This document shows positions 51,683-64,000 of a stretch of DNA of 64,000 nucleotides, piece after piece. The notes under the pieces are model-generated. The model worked only from the letters and a program-made list of their open reading frames with translations. It did no database searches and had not been told where the DNA came from. Made by a program: the position numbers and the translations under genes. Within the stretch, counting starts at the first letter, position 1. Every line of letters starts with the position of its first letter. Source of the stretch: an uncultured Chloroflexia bacterium (lineage in GTDB: Bacteria; Chloroflexota; Limnocylindria; Limnocylindrales; CSP1-4); the NCBI GenBank assembly GCA_963806265.1, contig CAWDXT010000004.1:4818-68817 (forward strand), written 5' to 3'.

Positions 51683-53431
51683 TCATGGCGAGGTGAACCC
51701 GGTCAGGATGCCTATCGGCCCGCGGGCCCCCACGCGCCCGGCCCCGGACGGTCCGGGCAGGCCGGCGACGCCGGCACACGCGATCCGGAACACGCGCACG
51801 TCCGCGATCGCCGCGGCGTCGGCCGGATCGGACGGGCTGCGGCAGCTGGACCTCCCGGAAGCAGGCGGCGTCAGGATCGGGTCCGTCGAGCACGGCCGGC
51901 CAGATCCCGCGCTCCGGGCTGGCCAGGATCAGCCACCGGGCGCCGAAATGGGTCGCGAGGTCGAGGACGTCGGCCGGGGACTCGTTGGGCAGGCCCAGCG
52001 TCCGGATGCGCGCGGACTCGGCGAGCCAGATCGGGAAGTCGTGGATGACCGGGGCCGACCCGTCGAGCGGGGCGCCGAGCTCGGCCATCTGGCGCTCGAG
52101 GACGGCGTACGTGCGCTCCGTGTCCGCGCGCTCCGGCACCGAACCCGGGCAGCAGTGCCACCGTGAACAGCAGCGACCCCGCGACGCCCAGCAGCGGACC
52201 CAGCCAGGCCACCGGCCGGGTCCAGCCGAGGCGCCGCCCGACCGCGGCGATCAGCGCGTCGAGCCCGCCCAGTGCCGAGATCAGCAGCAGCACGTGAACG
52301 GGCACGGCCGCGTGGAGGAAGGTGCCCCAGGTCGTCGCGACCGGGAACAGCAGGCTGGTCACCAGGAACGTCATGACGCCCAGCAGCAGGACCGGGCGCA
52401 GCGCTCGATCGCGACCCTGCCAGGGCAGCGCCACGAGGCCGATCACCGACATCGGGATGCCCAGCAGCAGCAGCACGCTGAGCAGGTTGTGACCCAGCCC
52501 GTCGATCCGCATCTGGAGCAGGGTCCCGGCGCCGACCGCGAGGTAGCGGGACAGGGTGGGCGGGTCGTTCCAGGCGAAGATGTCGAACCCGGTGACCGAC
52601 AGCGCGTTGGACAGCGCCTGGCCCGGCAGCGGGTTGCCGAAGACGATCCAGTCCCGGACGGCCCAGGGCACGAACACGATCAGGCTGACGACCGCGACGA
52701 CGCCGATCATGCGCGTGCGCACGGCTGCCGGCTCGCCGCGCCGCCGCCACGCCAGCCAGGCCCAGGCGAGCGCCAGCCAGATCGCCTCGTTGCGGGTGAG
52801 CGCGGCCGCGCCCAGCAGCAGCCCGATGCGCCAGCAGCCGGGGATCGCGCCAGCGCGCGCCGCGCGGATCGCGCAGCGCGCGCGTCATCAGCAGGCACGC
52901 GCCCAGGGCCAGCGCCCCGAACAGCATCGTCGAGTCGGGCAGGGCCGAGTGGAGCACGAGCGGCAGGTAGACCGCGGCCACCAGCCCGGAGCCGATCGCC
53001 AGCGTCCGGGCGCGACCGGCCGGCAGCTCGCGCTCGATCGCGACGTCGGCCGCCAGCCGCCACGCGAGCACCGCGACGACGGCGCCGGCCAGGACCGACA
53101 TGACCTGCCCACCCCGCATCGCCGTCTCGAGCGGGATCGGGGCCGGTCCGCCGAGCAGGGCGATCGGGATCGCGGCGAGCAGCGAGGGAAGCGGCAGCCA
53201 GACCTCGAACGCCGGGCGCGGGAAGGTGAGCGGGGGCGTGCCGTAGCTCCACAGCGCATCGGAGACCAGGCCCCGGCCTTCGACCAGGTTGCGTGCCACG
53301 CCGACGTAGTAGGCCGTGTCCTCGGGCTTCGGGAACGCGATCAGCGACGCCGCGAGGACCCGGACGGCGAGCGCGATGACGAAGATGGCCCCGGCGGTGA
53401 GCCACGCCTCGCGCCGCGTCAGGGCGCGCAC
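51683..53431 (-). CDS. GT-C (GT39-like) membrane glycosyltransferase (frameshifted; end approximate)
   Basis: PEDTAYY..ARNLVEGRG, WLPLPS, LTRNEA, PWAVRDW, GTFLHA. Confidence 0.72.
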
Positions 53432-55013
53432 CGTGGGTCGTTCGCGGACTGGCACATCGGGTAGACGGCCACGTCGTCGCGCTGGAGGATCGGCGGACCG
53501 ACCCAGTACGGGCGCTGCCCGCTCTCGAGGATCTCGGCGACCGCGGGCACGGCGTCGCCCGGCTCGAGCACCAGCCAGCGCGTGTCGTAGGCGTCGCCCA
53601 CCTGCTTGACGGTGAGCAACGGGTCGTTGACCAGCACGACGCCCGGATGCCCGGTCCAGTAGCGGTAGCCGGCGGCATCGATCGACATCACGCGGTCCGT
53701 CTCGGGGGCGCCGGCAAGGTCGAGCGCGACACCCACCGACTGCATCCGCTCGGCCTTCGCCTGCCAGCCCGCGTGGACCGTCAGCGCGCCGAACCACGCG
53801 ATGACGACGCCCAGCACCACGGCGCCTGCGACGAACATGCCTGCCGCCCGCTCGGCCTCCCAGCCTGGGCGTCGCTCGGCGGCCCACGCGGCCGCCACCA
53901 CGATGCCCTCGAGCGCAAGCACGTACGCCTGCGGGGCGAGCGCCGACCGCGGAGTGGATGAACGTTCCGCCCGGGACATGGATCGCGGACACGATGCGCG
54001 CTGAACGCGAACAGCAGGATGGCGTAGCCGAGGTACGGCCCGAACAACCCGTCGCGCCGGCGCTGCCACGCGCCGATGACCAGGAACGGGACGAGGACGA
54101 GGGCGCAGACGATGACGCTGAAGATGAACGTGGCCGACACGAGCCCGCCGATGCGCGTCAGCAGCAGCGGGATGATGCCCATCCCCAGCAGATGGTCGAG
54201 CGAGGCCGGGGTCGTGATGCTGTTCCATTCGCCGATGTCGCGAATGAACAGCACCTTGCCCGACGCCGTCGACGGCGACAGCGAGCCGAACGTCAGCAGC
54301 TGGCGCGCGTACCAGGGCGCCATGACCAGCATGAACAGGCCGGCCGAGGCGAGCCCGGCCAGGAACGGGATCCGGCGATGGCGGAGGCGGTCCCACAGGA
54401 ACGCGACGCCCAGGACCGCCAGCACCAGCACGCCGTCGTTGCGCGACAGCGTCGCGATGCCGGCCAGCAACCCGGCCAGCGCGAAGTCCCGTCCCGCGCG
54501 TGGCCGCCCGATCAACGCCCGTCCGGCGAGCCACAGCGATCCGGCCACCAGCGGCTGGTAGAGCGAGAAGTTGTCGGGCTGGGCCATGAACGGGAACAGC
54601 AGCATCGGCATCGCGGCCAGGATGCCGGCGCCGATCGAGACCCACAGCGGCGCGCCTGCGTCACGGCCGATCCCGTACGCCAGCGGCGCCGAGAACGCGC
54701 CGGCGATCGCGAACGGGAGCGCAGAGGCGAACGCGGTCGGCCCAAGCAGCCAGATGAACGGCACCTGGACCAGCGACGCGAGCGGCATCCAGTGCGCATT
54801 GGACGGGATCGGCAGCGTCGGGTTGGCGGGGATTCCGCCGCCCACCTCGGCGAAGATCCAGACGAAGTCCACGTTGAACCCGTGACCGGCCGCGAGCTGC
54901 CGCGCGACGTCCACGTAGTAGAAGGAATCGGGGTAGGCGGGGTCGGGGAACATGGCGGCGACGACGAGGCGCGCCACCAGGGCAACGAAGTACAGGAGGA
55001 CTGCGATCCGCAC
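53419..55013 (-). CDS. GT-C (GT39-like) membrane glycosyltransferase, paralog of its neighbour (frameshifts ~53945-53995)
   Basis: PDSFYY..ARQLAAGHG, HWMPLAS, LSRNDG, PWYARQ, GTFIHS. Confidence 0.75.
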
Positions 55014-55127
55014 GGCTGGTGCAGCCTAGCACCGGGTCATCGGGCGTCCGAGGGGTACCAATGTGCTAGCACGCAGGTCCCGTAGAGGGTCGGGATGCGG
55101 GCCATCGCGGGCGCGTAAAGTCGGCGC

Positions 55128-56013
55128 ATGTCGATCGCATCGAAGGCCCTGTCTCCGCCGACTCGCCGGGTCATTGCGTTGATCATGGTCACAGCTGCGG
55201 TCGTCGGCGTCGCACTGGGTGTGGAGACGCTTGTGCTCCACCTGTCGGCGGATCCATGGGCGGACACACGCGTCTACTACGACGCCGGTGCACGGCTCAA
55301 CGCAGGCGCGCCACTGTACGACACCACCGCGACAGACAGCATCGGTCTCTATCTCAATCCGCCGCTCCTGGCGATCCTGTTCCGCCCGCTGGCGCTGCTC
55401 CCGTTTCCCATTGCCGCCGCCATCTGGCAGGTCATCCTGCTCTGCGCATGCATGTTGACGCTCCGCCGGATCGGCCTCAGCCAACCGGTGTTGATCGCCC
55501 TCGGGCTCCTGGCGTTGCCGATCCTGTGGGCCCTGAGCATTGGGCAGGCGGAACCGCTGGTTACGCTGGCGCTTGCGCTGGGGACGCCATCTTCAATCGC
55601 CTTTGCGGGCCACCTCAAGCTGCTGCCTTGGCTGGTGGCGATCTACTGGGTCGTTGGCCGGGACCGCCATTCCCTGGCATGGCTGGCGATCTGGATCACC
55701 GTGCTGGCCGCTATCCAGCTTGTTCTCGAGCCGACCGCGACGGTTGAGTTTCTCCGCTTCACCTGGCTTCGCCCGGCCTTCGACGTGCGCAGCATCTCGC
55801 CATTCGTCATCCGATCCGCTCCTTTGGGCCGGCCTCGTGGCGTTGCTCGTAAGTGCAGCGGTGCGTCTACAGCCGACGCGGTACGCGTGGGCGGCCAGCG
55901 TCACGCTTGCAGTGCTCGCGTATCCTCGGCTCCTCGTGTACCAGCTGATGTCCTTGCTGGCAGCATTCGGGGGTCCAAGCCGGGCCGACGATCCCGCCGG
56001 GCACGAAGCGTGA
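55128..56013 (+). CDS. GT87/DUF2029-like membrane glycosyltransferase (frameshift near 55815)
   Basis: DTRVYY..LY, YLNPP, IGQAE, HLKLLP. Confidence 0.75.
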
Positions 56014-57196
56014 TGCGCTCACGTGACGCTCTCGGACCATGGCTGGTTGTCGGCCTGGTTGGCGGGCCGGCGTCGCCTGGATCGGCTGGCTATTGTGGCA
56101 GCACGATCCGCCGAATGCGGGCTTCGACCTGACCCTGCTCCTGGACGCCGCCCGAAACGTCCTGAACGGTCAGAGTCCGTACGATCCGGCGATCCTCGGG
56201 GGCACCTCGCCCGACGCAGTCTCGCTGTTCTACTCGTACCCGCCCCCGGTCGCGCAGGCGATGACGCTGCTGGCGTGGCTCCCGGACGGGATCGTGCTCA
56301 TCCTGTGGGCTATCGGCGCGACGCTGGCGTTGGGCTACGTCGCGAGCCGCCTCGCCGCGCATGCAGGGCGGGATCCGTTGCGAACGGCCGTCCGGGCGAT
56401 GTGCGTCGCGCCCCTGGTCTTCCCGTTCGCGATCGCCGTGCTGTTCGGCAACCTCGATGCCTGGTATCCACTGGCCTATGGCGCGGTGCTGCTGGCCGTG
56501 CTGCCCGGGAGCTCCAGGAGCACCAGGATGCTCGCGGGCGTTGCTTTGGGCGCGATCATCGTCGCCAAGCTGCAGCCTGCGCCGATGCTCCTGTGGCTGC
56601 TCGTCCTCGCCTGGCGCCCGGGTGGGCGGTCGCTGGCGACCGTGGCCGGCGCGACGATCGTGACCGGTCTCGCGATCGTCGCGGCCAGCGTGGCCATCGG
56701 CGGCGTCCAGCCCTGGCTCGACTACGCGCACATCGTGGTGGCCGGTGCAGGATCGCAGCTCGTCGACCCGCGCAACATCGGCCCCGTGTCGCTGATCGGC
56801 CAGGCAACCGGCGCGGCCTCCGACGTCCTGCGCTGGGTGCAGGTCGCCGTTGTGGCCGTGGTGCTGGCGGCTACCCTGTTCGCTGCCGTCCGGATCGGCG
56901 ACTGGTCGATGGGGTTCGCGATCGTGGCCACGGCCAGCCTCGTGACGCTGCCCGTGACGTGGTTCCACTATCCGGTCGCCCTGCTGCCGGCGGCCATCCT
57001 GCTGGCGCTTACCGACCAGCGATCCAGGCCGATCCTCGTGGCATCGGCAGTCGTCGCAGCGATCGCGATCGCCTGGCTGCCCCTGACCTGGCTGGCCGTA
57101 GCCCTCCTGCTCGTGGCCGCATTGCGTGGTCGACGATGGTACCCGTCGGCAGTTACCCCACCCGTCCCGGTTACGGGGCGCACCACCGGAGCCTAG
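56013..57196 (+). CDS. GT87/DUF2029-like membrane glycosyltransferase (frameshift near 56065)
   Basis: FDL..SPY, YSYPP, FGNLD, AKLQP, VTWFHY. Confidence 0.78.
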
Positions 57197-57205
57197 ACTG
57201 CCCCG

Positions 57206-57995
57206 ATGGCACACCAGAGCCTGACCATCGTCCTGCCCGCGTTCAACGAGGAGGCCCGGCTTGGACCTGCGCTCGATGAGCTGTTCGGCTATCTCCATCG
57301 CCGGGGTGATCACGCCCGCGAGGGGCGACCGGGGGCCGAGCTGCTTCCGCCGCGGGTGGACGTCCTCGTCGTCGACGACGGCAGCGGGGACCGCACGGCG
57401 GATCTGGTGCGGGCACGACCCGAGCTCGCAGCCGGTGACCTGAGGCTGCTCCAGGTGCCGCACGGCGGCAAGGGAGCCGCCGTGCAGGCCGGCATGCTCG
57501 CTGCCGAGGGTGAGCTGATCGTGTTCACCGACGCGGACATGGCGACACCACCCGATGAGCTGGCACCGATGGTCGCGGGCCCTGGAATCGGCTGACGCGG
57601 TGTATGGAAGCCGGATCCAGCCTGATGGCAGCGACATGCGCAAGACGCAGCCGCCGTGGCGCAGGCTCCTGGGCAGGACCTTCCATGCGCTTGCATCGAT
57701 GTGGGTCGTCGGTCCGGTACAGGACACCCAATGCGGTTTCAAGGGGTTCCGGCGCCAGGTTGCGCGGGACATGTTCGCCCGGCAGCGCATCACCAGCATC
57801 GTGTTCGATGTCGAGATCATCTACCTCGTGCGACGGCATCACTACCAGTGGTCCGTGCTGCCGATCCAATGGTCGGACCGCCGCGGATCGCGGATGCACC
57901 CGGGTCCCCTGCTCGCGATGCGAGTGGCCTGGGATCTGTTCCGGATCCCGATCATCCATCGCATGAATCGCTCGAGGGCCGTTGAGCAGGCGTGA
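57206..57995 (+). CDS. GT2 polyprenyl-phosphate glycosyltransferase (DPG/DPM-synthase-like; frameshift near 57580)
   Basis: VLPAFNE, VVDDGSGDRT, GKGAAV, FTDAD, DTQCGFK, FDVE. Confidence 0.9.
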
Positions 57996-59126
57996 CCCTG
58001 ATGCCAGCGCTTAGCGCGCGTGGCCTGGCTGCGACTGCGCTGCCGGTCGTCGCGATCGTCTCGTTCGCGCTCGGCGTCGTCGCCACGCTGGTCGTGGCCG
58101 GCGACACGCTGGGCTTCGACTTCCTCGCCTACCACGAGGCCGCCGTCCGCCTGCTCCATGGCGAGCCGCTGTATGACATGTCGTACAGCCAGACCGGCGG
58201 CTTCGGCCTGTTCTACTACCCGCCCACGTTCGCGCCGCTCCTGCTGCCGTTCGGGCTGCTGTCGGCGTCGACGGCGACATGGGCATGGATCGCGTCTGTC
58301 TGTCGCAGCCTTCCTCGCCGGCGTTCGCGTCATGCCCGTCCCGACCTCCGTCCGGTGGTGGGCGTGCTCCTTGCCGGCTGGTCGTTCCCATTCGTCTATG
58401 CCGTCAAGCTGGGCCAGGTCGGGCCGGTACTGTTCCTCCTGTTCGCCATCGGCTGGCGTTGGCGTGACGACCCGACTCGCCTGGGCGTGAGCAGCGCCCT
58501 CGGCGCCGCGATCAAGCTGCAGCCCGGCCTCTGATCGCGTGGGCGCTGCTCACGCGGCGCTTCCGCGCGGTGCTGGTAGGCGTGCTGGTCCTGGTCGCGC
58601 TGGCCGCGCTCGCAACCCTGCTCGCGGGCGCCCGTCCTGGCCGGACTTCTGGCAGCTGCTGCGAACGGTGAGCGACCCGGTGACGACGCCCCACAACTTC
58701 ACGCCCGGCGCCGTCGCGTACCAGCTCGGGGCTGTCTTCCGAGCGTCGCGACGATCCTCCAGGCGATCAGCACACTGGCCGTGCTGGTGGTGCTTGTGGT
58801 TGCGATCCGGTTCGCCACGGACGAGGCCTCGTATCTTGTCGCCGTGGTCGCCAGCCAGCTGGTGTCGCCGATCGTCTGGGACCACTACGCGATGCTCCTG
58901 CTGCTGCCCGTCGCCTTCCTGCTTGGCCCGCGGCTGGTGGTGGGCGCTCGCAATCCCGGCGGTGACGGCCTGGCCGCTCATCGGGATCACGCCCCCGATG
59001 GCGTACCCGCTGACGATGTGGGTCGCGATGCTGGCCATGTTCTTCATTGGTCGGGACGAGATCGCGGTGGCGCTGCCAATCTCGTCTGACCGGGGGCAAG
59101 GCGAGCTGCCCTCGCCGAGCAGCTAG
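57992..59126 (+). CDS. GT87/DUF2029-like membrane glycosyltransferase (several frameshifts)
   Basis: FDFLAY, FYYPP, LGQV, IKLQP, SPIVWDHY. Confidence 0.78.
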
Positions 59127-59244
59127 CCCAAGACGACCGACATCGCGGAAGCCCTCGGCCTGCTTGGTGCTGCAAATGGCGGCTGCCATCCGGCACCGTC
59201 GTTGGGACGCTGCTCGAGGGCCACGAGGGTTTGCTGAGGTGGGT

Positions 59245-60218
59245 CTACGATCCGGGTGAGCCAGTGTCCCGTGCATCAATCTGATCGGCACGGCGGAGAC
59301 CGATCCGATCCTTGAGACCAAGGAACGGGCGCTCAACGAGGCGGTACGAGACTTCGGCACACAACAGGGCGAGGACCGTCGCAGCTGCGCCAGGGCCAAG
59401 CAGGATCGTCAGTGGCCAACTCCACAGGTAGATCGAGTATGCGCGCTTGCCTGGCGTCGCCAGCCGAGTCAGGCGGCCACGGTGCCCGAACGACCAATGC
59501 GGCACCCAGGATGGCCAGCGGCATTGCGATCTGATCAGTGACGGCGCCCATGAGCAGGCCAGCGAGCACGATCAGCGCAAGCCCGACGGGCGCCCATATC
59601 CGTGGCAACCGTCCGGGGTTCAGCCACAGCAGGCAGCCAACGAGGAGCGCATCCATACGCGTGAACGTGCTCCAGTACCCAATCGAACCAGTCATTGGTA
59701 CACGTGCGAGCACAGCTAGACCGATGCCCGCCACAGCCAGCCACCTGGCCCAGCGGACGGCAACCAGGAGCAGCACGGGCCAAAGCAAAGTAGAACTGTT
59801 CCTCGATAGCCAGACTCCAGGCGTGGGCCATAGGTCCGGTTGGGACACCGAGGATCGAAGCCCAGTTCGTCGCGTATCCCATGCTGGCGAGCACGCCGGG
59901 CAACCATGGCACCCTCCAGCCGCCGGACATACCGACCGCGCAAACGAACGCGAGCACGACTGCAAGGGCCGGAAACAGGCGCAGAGCGCGACGAGCATAG
60001 AAGACTCTCAACGGCTGCCCCTGTGCAAGCACGCCTGTGATGAGGTAGCCCGAAAGCACCAGGAATGCGGTTACGCCAGCACCCCCGATGATCGAGGGGA
60101 AAGGCCACTGCGCATGATCCAGCAGGACAAGCCCCACGGCCACGGCACGCAGGCCGTCGAGGTCTGGACGATACCGGAGCCTCGCGGCGCCAGTTGTTGC
60201 CGTGCTGTCCACGGACAC
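59245..60218 (-). CDS. Acyltransferase family 3 (OafA-like); multiple frameshifts, possibly a pseudogene
   Basis: YRPDLDGLRAVAV, FLVLSGYLIT, FYARRALRLFP, WSLAIEEQFY, YSIYLW, SYRLVERP. Confidence 0.85.
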
Positions 60219-60991
60219 TGACCTCGGTCCCGAGCTAAGACTCGCGGCGTGTCCAGCCACCGGCTGGCGAACATCCGGAACGCCTCCACGAGTGGGCTCG
60301 GCCACCTGGTACAGGCTGGGCTCTCCCCAGGTTCGCGCTGCATCCTGCCCCCGGTCCACGCCTCCCGCCCTCGCTACCCAATCACCGGCGCCGATCCCCG
60401 GCCTGCCGCTCAACGCTCGTGCATGTGGCAGCCAGAGGTCAAACGACGCTCGCGTCGTTGGCGCTGGCGCTGGCGTTGCGCTGGCGCTGGCGATGCCGGT
60501 GTGCCATTCGAGGACCTCGCGTGCTGCGCACAGGAACTATCTGCGCGCAGCAAAGGCGAGGGCACTGATGAGATGGCCGAGAGTGCACTAGCTGGGGGTG
60601 CGGCCGCGACTCTATCCCTGACCAGGTTCCTGCTGCCAAGCGTCATACGAAATCGGCCGACGAGATCATGAGGTTGTAGTCGCTACCGTATCGGTGGTCG
60701 CATTGGTTCTGCGGTGAGGATCTGGTCGTTGCTCGTGGCATCACCCCCTCCTTCCCCGCGCCAGTCACGGCGAATGATGGCGAACCTGTCAGATGTCTCG
60801 GCAATTGTCCACAGGGAAAATCGCGTCATGGACGGGAACCTCGCCATCTAGCGTTGCTTGGCCGCGCCACGTCGCGGTGCGATCGCCGGAGGTGGCTTGG
60901 CCCTGGATGCACAGGACAGGGGCTTGGCCTTATTGGGGTCCCATTCTCGCGCCTGCCACAGGCTCTGACCGGAAACTGTACGCTCGCCCCG

Positions 60992-62208
60992 GTGAGACTC
61001 CTGTCGCGATGGTGGGTCCAGGGGATGGTGTCGCCCTGACGCGTTCCTCGTCTACTGGCTGTCGAACCGGCTGTTCGACGCCGGACGCGGCGACCTGTTC
61101 TATCTCGCCGACTCGTTCCTCCACGGCCGGACCTCGATCGACGTCATCCTCGGGCCCAACGACATCATCCGCTTCAACGGCCAGGCGTACGTGCCGTTCG
61201 GGCCCTTCCCGGCCATCCTGTTCATGCCGCTGGTGGCGCTCGTCGGGCCGGCCACGGCAGATCAGCTGGAGCCCGGGATCAACGCGGGGCTGGCGGCGTT
61301 CGTCGTGTTCCTGGCCTGGTGCGTGCCGGGCCGGATGGGCGTGTCGCGATGGCGCGATCGGCTGGCACTGGCCGTGCTGCTCGGCTTCTCGACCCAGGTG
61401 TGGTGGGTGACCACCCGTGGTGGGGTGTGGCACACGGGGCACCTGGTGGCCATGATCCTGACCCTGTTCCTGCTGGCCGAGATGTTCGGGCGGCGACGAG
61501 CGTGGCTGATGGGCCTGCTGATCGGGCTCGCGTTCCTGACCCGGGCGCCGGTGGCGTTCGCCGCGCCGGCGGTGGCGCTGTGGCTGGTGCCGAGGCGGCT
61601 GGGACTGCCGCGTGGTCTTCGCGACCTCAACCACTGGTCGGACCGGCTGCCGTGGCGCGACTGGGTGCTGCTCGCGGCCGGCCTGCTGCCCAGCGTGCTG
61701 TTCTTCTTCTGGTACAACTACGTCCGCTTCGGCGACCCGCTCGAATCCGGCTATGCGCTCGCCGTGCTGCCCGAGTGGCTCCAGGTGCTGCGGGACCAGG
61801 GCCTGTTCTCCCTCTCGCACGTGGGCATGAACATCGACTACCTGTTCCTCAAGGTGCCCCTTGCGGATCCCGGAGTTCCCGTACTTCCGGCCCGACGGCC
61901 TCGGGATGTCGGTGTTCATCACCAGCCCGGCGCTGCTGCTGGCGGTTCGGGCGCCGTGGCGGGATCGCCGCAGCTGGTGGCTGCTGCTGGCCGCCGTGCT
62001 GGTGCTGATCCCCACGCTGCTCTACTACGGCGGCGGCTGGCTCCAGTACGGCTACCGCTACTTCCTGGACTCGATCCCGTTCGTGTGGGCGCTGGTCGCG
62101 ATGGGGATCGCGCACCGGGGCTCGATCCGATGGTGGGGCTGGCTGCTGATCGGCTGGGGCGTGCTGGTGGGCCTGGGCGGCGTGTACTGGGCGTACAACC
62201 TGCATTGA
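60992..62208 (+). CDS. Multi-TM GT-C-like membrane protein (frameshifts near 61035 and 61860)
   Basis: FYLADSFLHG, YVPFGPFPA, FLTR, YNYVRFGDPLESGY, QYGYRYFLD; start preceded by TACGCT-7nt. Confidence 0.65.
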
Positions 62209-62377
62209 CGATTGGCTGGTCCTCATCGGACGGCGCCGGCCCAAGTCCTTCGCCGGAGGTGCGTCCTCCATGCCGATAGGACCATCGGTCGTTTGACGCT
62301 CATCGTTGCAGTGGAGCACCATTCGGCCGCACTCGACGTTTGCACGCATCCTTCTCAGGTACCTCGGGGGCCGTCAC

Positions 62378-62563
62378 ATGCATCTCGTTCTCGCGTACAT
62401 CGACCCTGGATCAGGCAGCCTGATGGTCCAGGCGGTGATCGCCGCCCTCGTCGCCGCCCCGTTCGTGCTTCGTCAGCAGATCGCCAGAGTCATCAGGCGC
62501 GTTCGGGGACAGACCGACTCCATGGCCGCCTCGGCACCTCCGGACACCGACCCTCAGGGGTGA
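62378..62563 (+). CDS. Small YIDPGSGS-motif membrane protein
   Basis: MHLVLAYIDPGSGSLMVQAVIAAL, then a basic tail. Confidence 0.75.
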   Translation: MHLVLAYIDPGSGSLMVQAVIAALVAAPFVLRQQIARVIRRVRGQTDSMAASAPPDTDPQG

Positions 62564-62817
62564 TCACCCAGAGCGCTCGGAGGGACCCCGCATCCTGGCG
62601 CGACCCATTCGGGTTCGTCTACGAGCGTGACGGCGTTCTCCTTCGCCAGATCAACCAATCGGCCAAATCCGACTGGTTGATGACCCGGGAGACCGGGCTG
62701 CTCGCCAGCCTCCAGAAGGCGGGCTTGCTGATCGGCCACGAGCCTGCGCAGTCACGGGTTGCTGACAGTATCGCGACGCGTCGCTCGAAGACGCCGTGCT
62801 CGGCCATATCGGCGTGA
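62560..62817 (+). pseudogene. N-terminal fragment of a NoeA-like SAM-dependent methyltransferase
   Basis: ASWRDPFGFVYERDGVLLRQIN..LLIGHE, then the similarity ends abruptly. Confidence 0.6.
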
Positions 62818-63057
62818 CAGAGTTGGTCGACGAATTCGATCCGGGCATTCGGGCCGGAGCCGTTCGCGGTCGCGTCCACGATGAGCTGGCGATGGCGGCC
62901 CAGCTCGCGCTTGGGGCGGAGCAAACGCCACGGTTCGTGCTGGTGCCATGGCCCGTACGTGTTCGGCGCCGCTGCTCACCGTCGAATGTGATCATCGTTG
63001 CGCCCAGGGCCTCGGGCACGGTGGCGACGCGACCACCGTGGCCGCCGTGGCGACGCA

Positions 63058-63392
63058 GACTGCGTGGTGGACCGACTCTTGGAGGACACGCTCGCCCAGC
63101 TGGTCGCGAGCGATCCCAGAGCGGTCGTGATCGTGTTCTCGGATCATGGGCCCGACGAGCATCTCGACTGGTCGGCGCCTGATGCCAGAGGGCTCAAGAG
63201 CGTAGCGCGACCTTGTTCGCCGCCCGTACTCCCGGCCGGGAGGGCGTGTTTGCCGATGACGTCAGCTTGGTCAACGTGCTGCCGGACCTGTTCAATGCGT
63301 ATCTCGGAATGCGGTTGGCCCGACCGCCGAACGAGTTCTGGTTCGGTCCTCAGCCCGCGGACAAGGCGTTCGTGCGGGTGGACATCAAATGA
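63058..63392 (+). pseudogene. C-terminal fragment of a sulfatase/alkaline-phosphatase-like protein
   Basis: AVVIVFSDHGP; next frame LFAARTPG..SLVNVLPDLFNAYLG. Confidence 0.55.
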
Positions 63393-63575
63393 GGGCGCTG
63401 TTGTCAAGCCTTGCCGTGGTCGCGCCCGGACGTGGCTTGTAGCCCTCGCCGTGTCTGCTAGTCGTCCTCGTCATCGGCGTGCTGCTAGCCTGGCGGTTCG
63501 CGTCGCGTGTGCGCGTGATGCCATTCCGGTCTTTCGTGGGTGGCCGCGGACGGTGGCGCCCGCATTGGCGTGACG

Positions 63576-64000
63576 ATGGGAGGGAACAAGTTGCAGCACC
63601 CGGTGCTGCGAAGGGCCTCCGACTTGCCTGTATACCCACTCCTGTTCGGTGTGGCCTGGATCGTGAACGTCCTCGGTGCCTCGGGTGCGCCTGTCGAAGC
63701 CCTCGCGCGGCCGACCCTCGTCTTGAGCATTCTGATCATCGCGACGGTGCTGGTCGCTGCAGCATTGAGCCGTCGTCCCCAGCTCGCAGCCTGATCTTGT
63801 GTGGCTGGTCCTGGCCCTTCTGACACGAATGCCACTGCTGGCCTTGCTCGGCGTAATCGTGCTGCTCTTGGCGTTGCTTGCGGCGATGAGTCGACGCCAG
63901 GGCCTCGATGCGGTTCCGTGGGAACTGATGACACGAGCGTTGAACGGCATATCGCTGATCCTGCTCGCCGTGGCGCTCGTGGGAGCCAGCGTGAGTGGCG
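63576..64000 (+). CDS. Membrane protein, frameshifted and truncated by the window end
   Basis: Consecutive hydrophobic helices (PVYPLLFGVAWIV..., LNGISLILLAVAL). Confidence 0.45.

Overview
High-GC bacterial chromosomal window with no outer-membrane or secretin genes. Gene content and style suggest Chloroflexota, possibly Limnocylindria (inference, not confirmed). From left to right it holds: capA-like, an mshB/mca-like deacetylase, a thioredoxin-like lipoprotein plus ccdA, ybaK and a CoA-transferase; a Tat-lipoprotein copper nitrite reductase (nirK) with an Rrf2 regulator and a palindromic operator; a core block (DUF1385-prfA-prmC-Cof HAD-tsaC-holin/phosphatase fusion-glyA-wecA/tagO-like-atpIBEFHAGDC-murA-mreB-PHP-flippase-XRE); nfo, hpf and comF; a SorC-fba-HAD-dhaL-dhaK operon; a Tad/Flp pilus locus with three flp pilins plus one pilin-like gene; a DegS/DegU-like signalling cassette; and a large cluster of membrane (GT-C) glycosyltransferases ending in a decayed variable region. 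Many genes, including essential ones, have single-base frameshifts, most likely long-read errors. The best candidate for a novel system is a pilus-linked phosphorelay: an intact soluble kinase, a NarL-type regulator with an N-terminal YQGPERRR (c-di-GMP-type) motif, a kinase paralog that keeps the H-box but has lost its ATP-binding motifs (ChpT/Spo0B-like), and a CpaE with an intact receiver domain. Leaderless promoters (TAnnnT-N6-9-start codon) are also common. All calls come from motif recognition by eye; no database searches were run.
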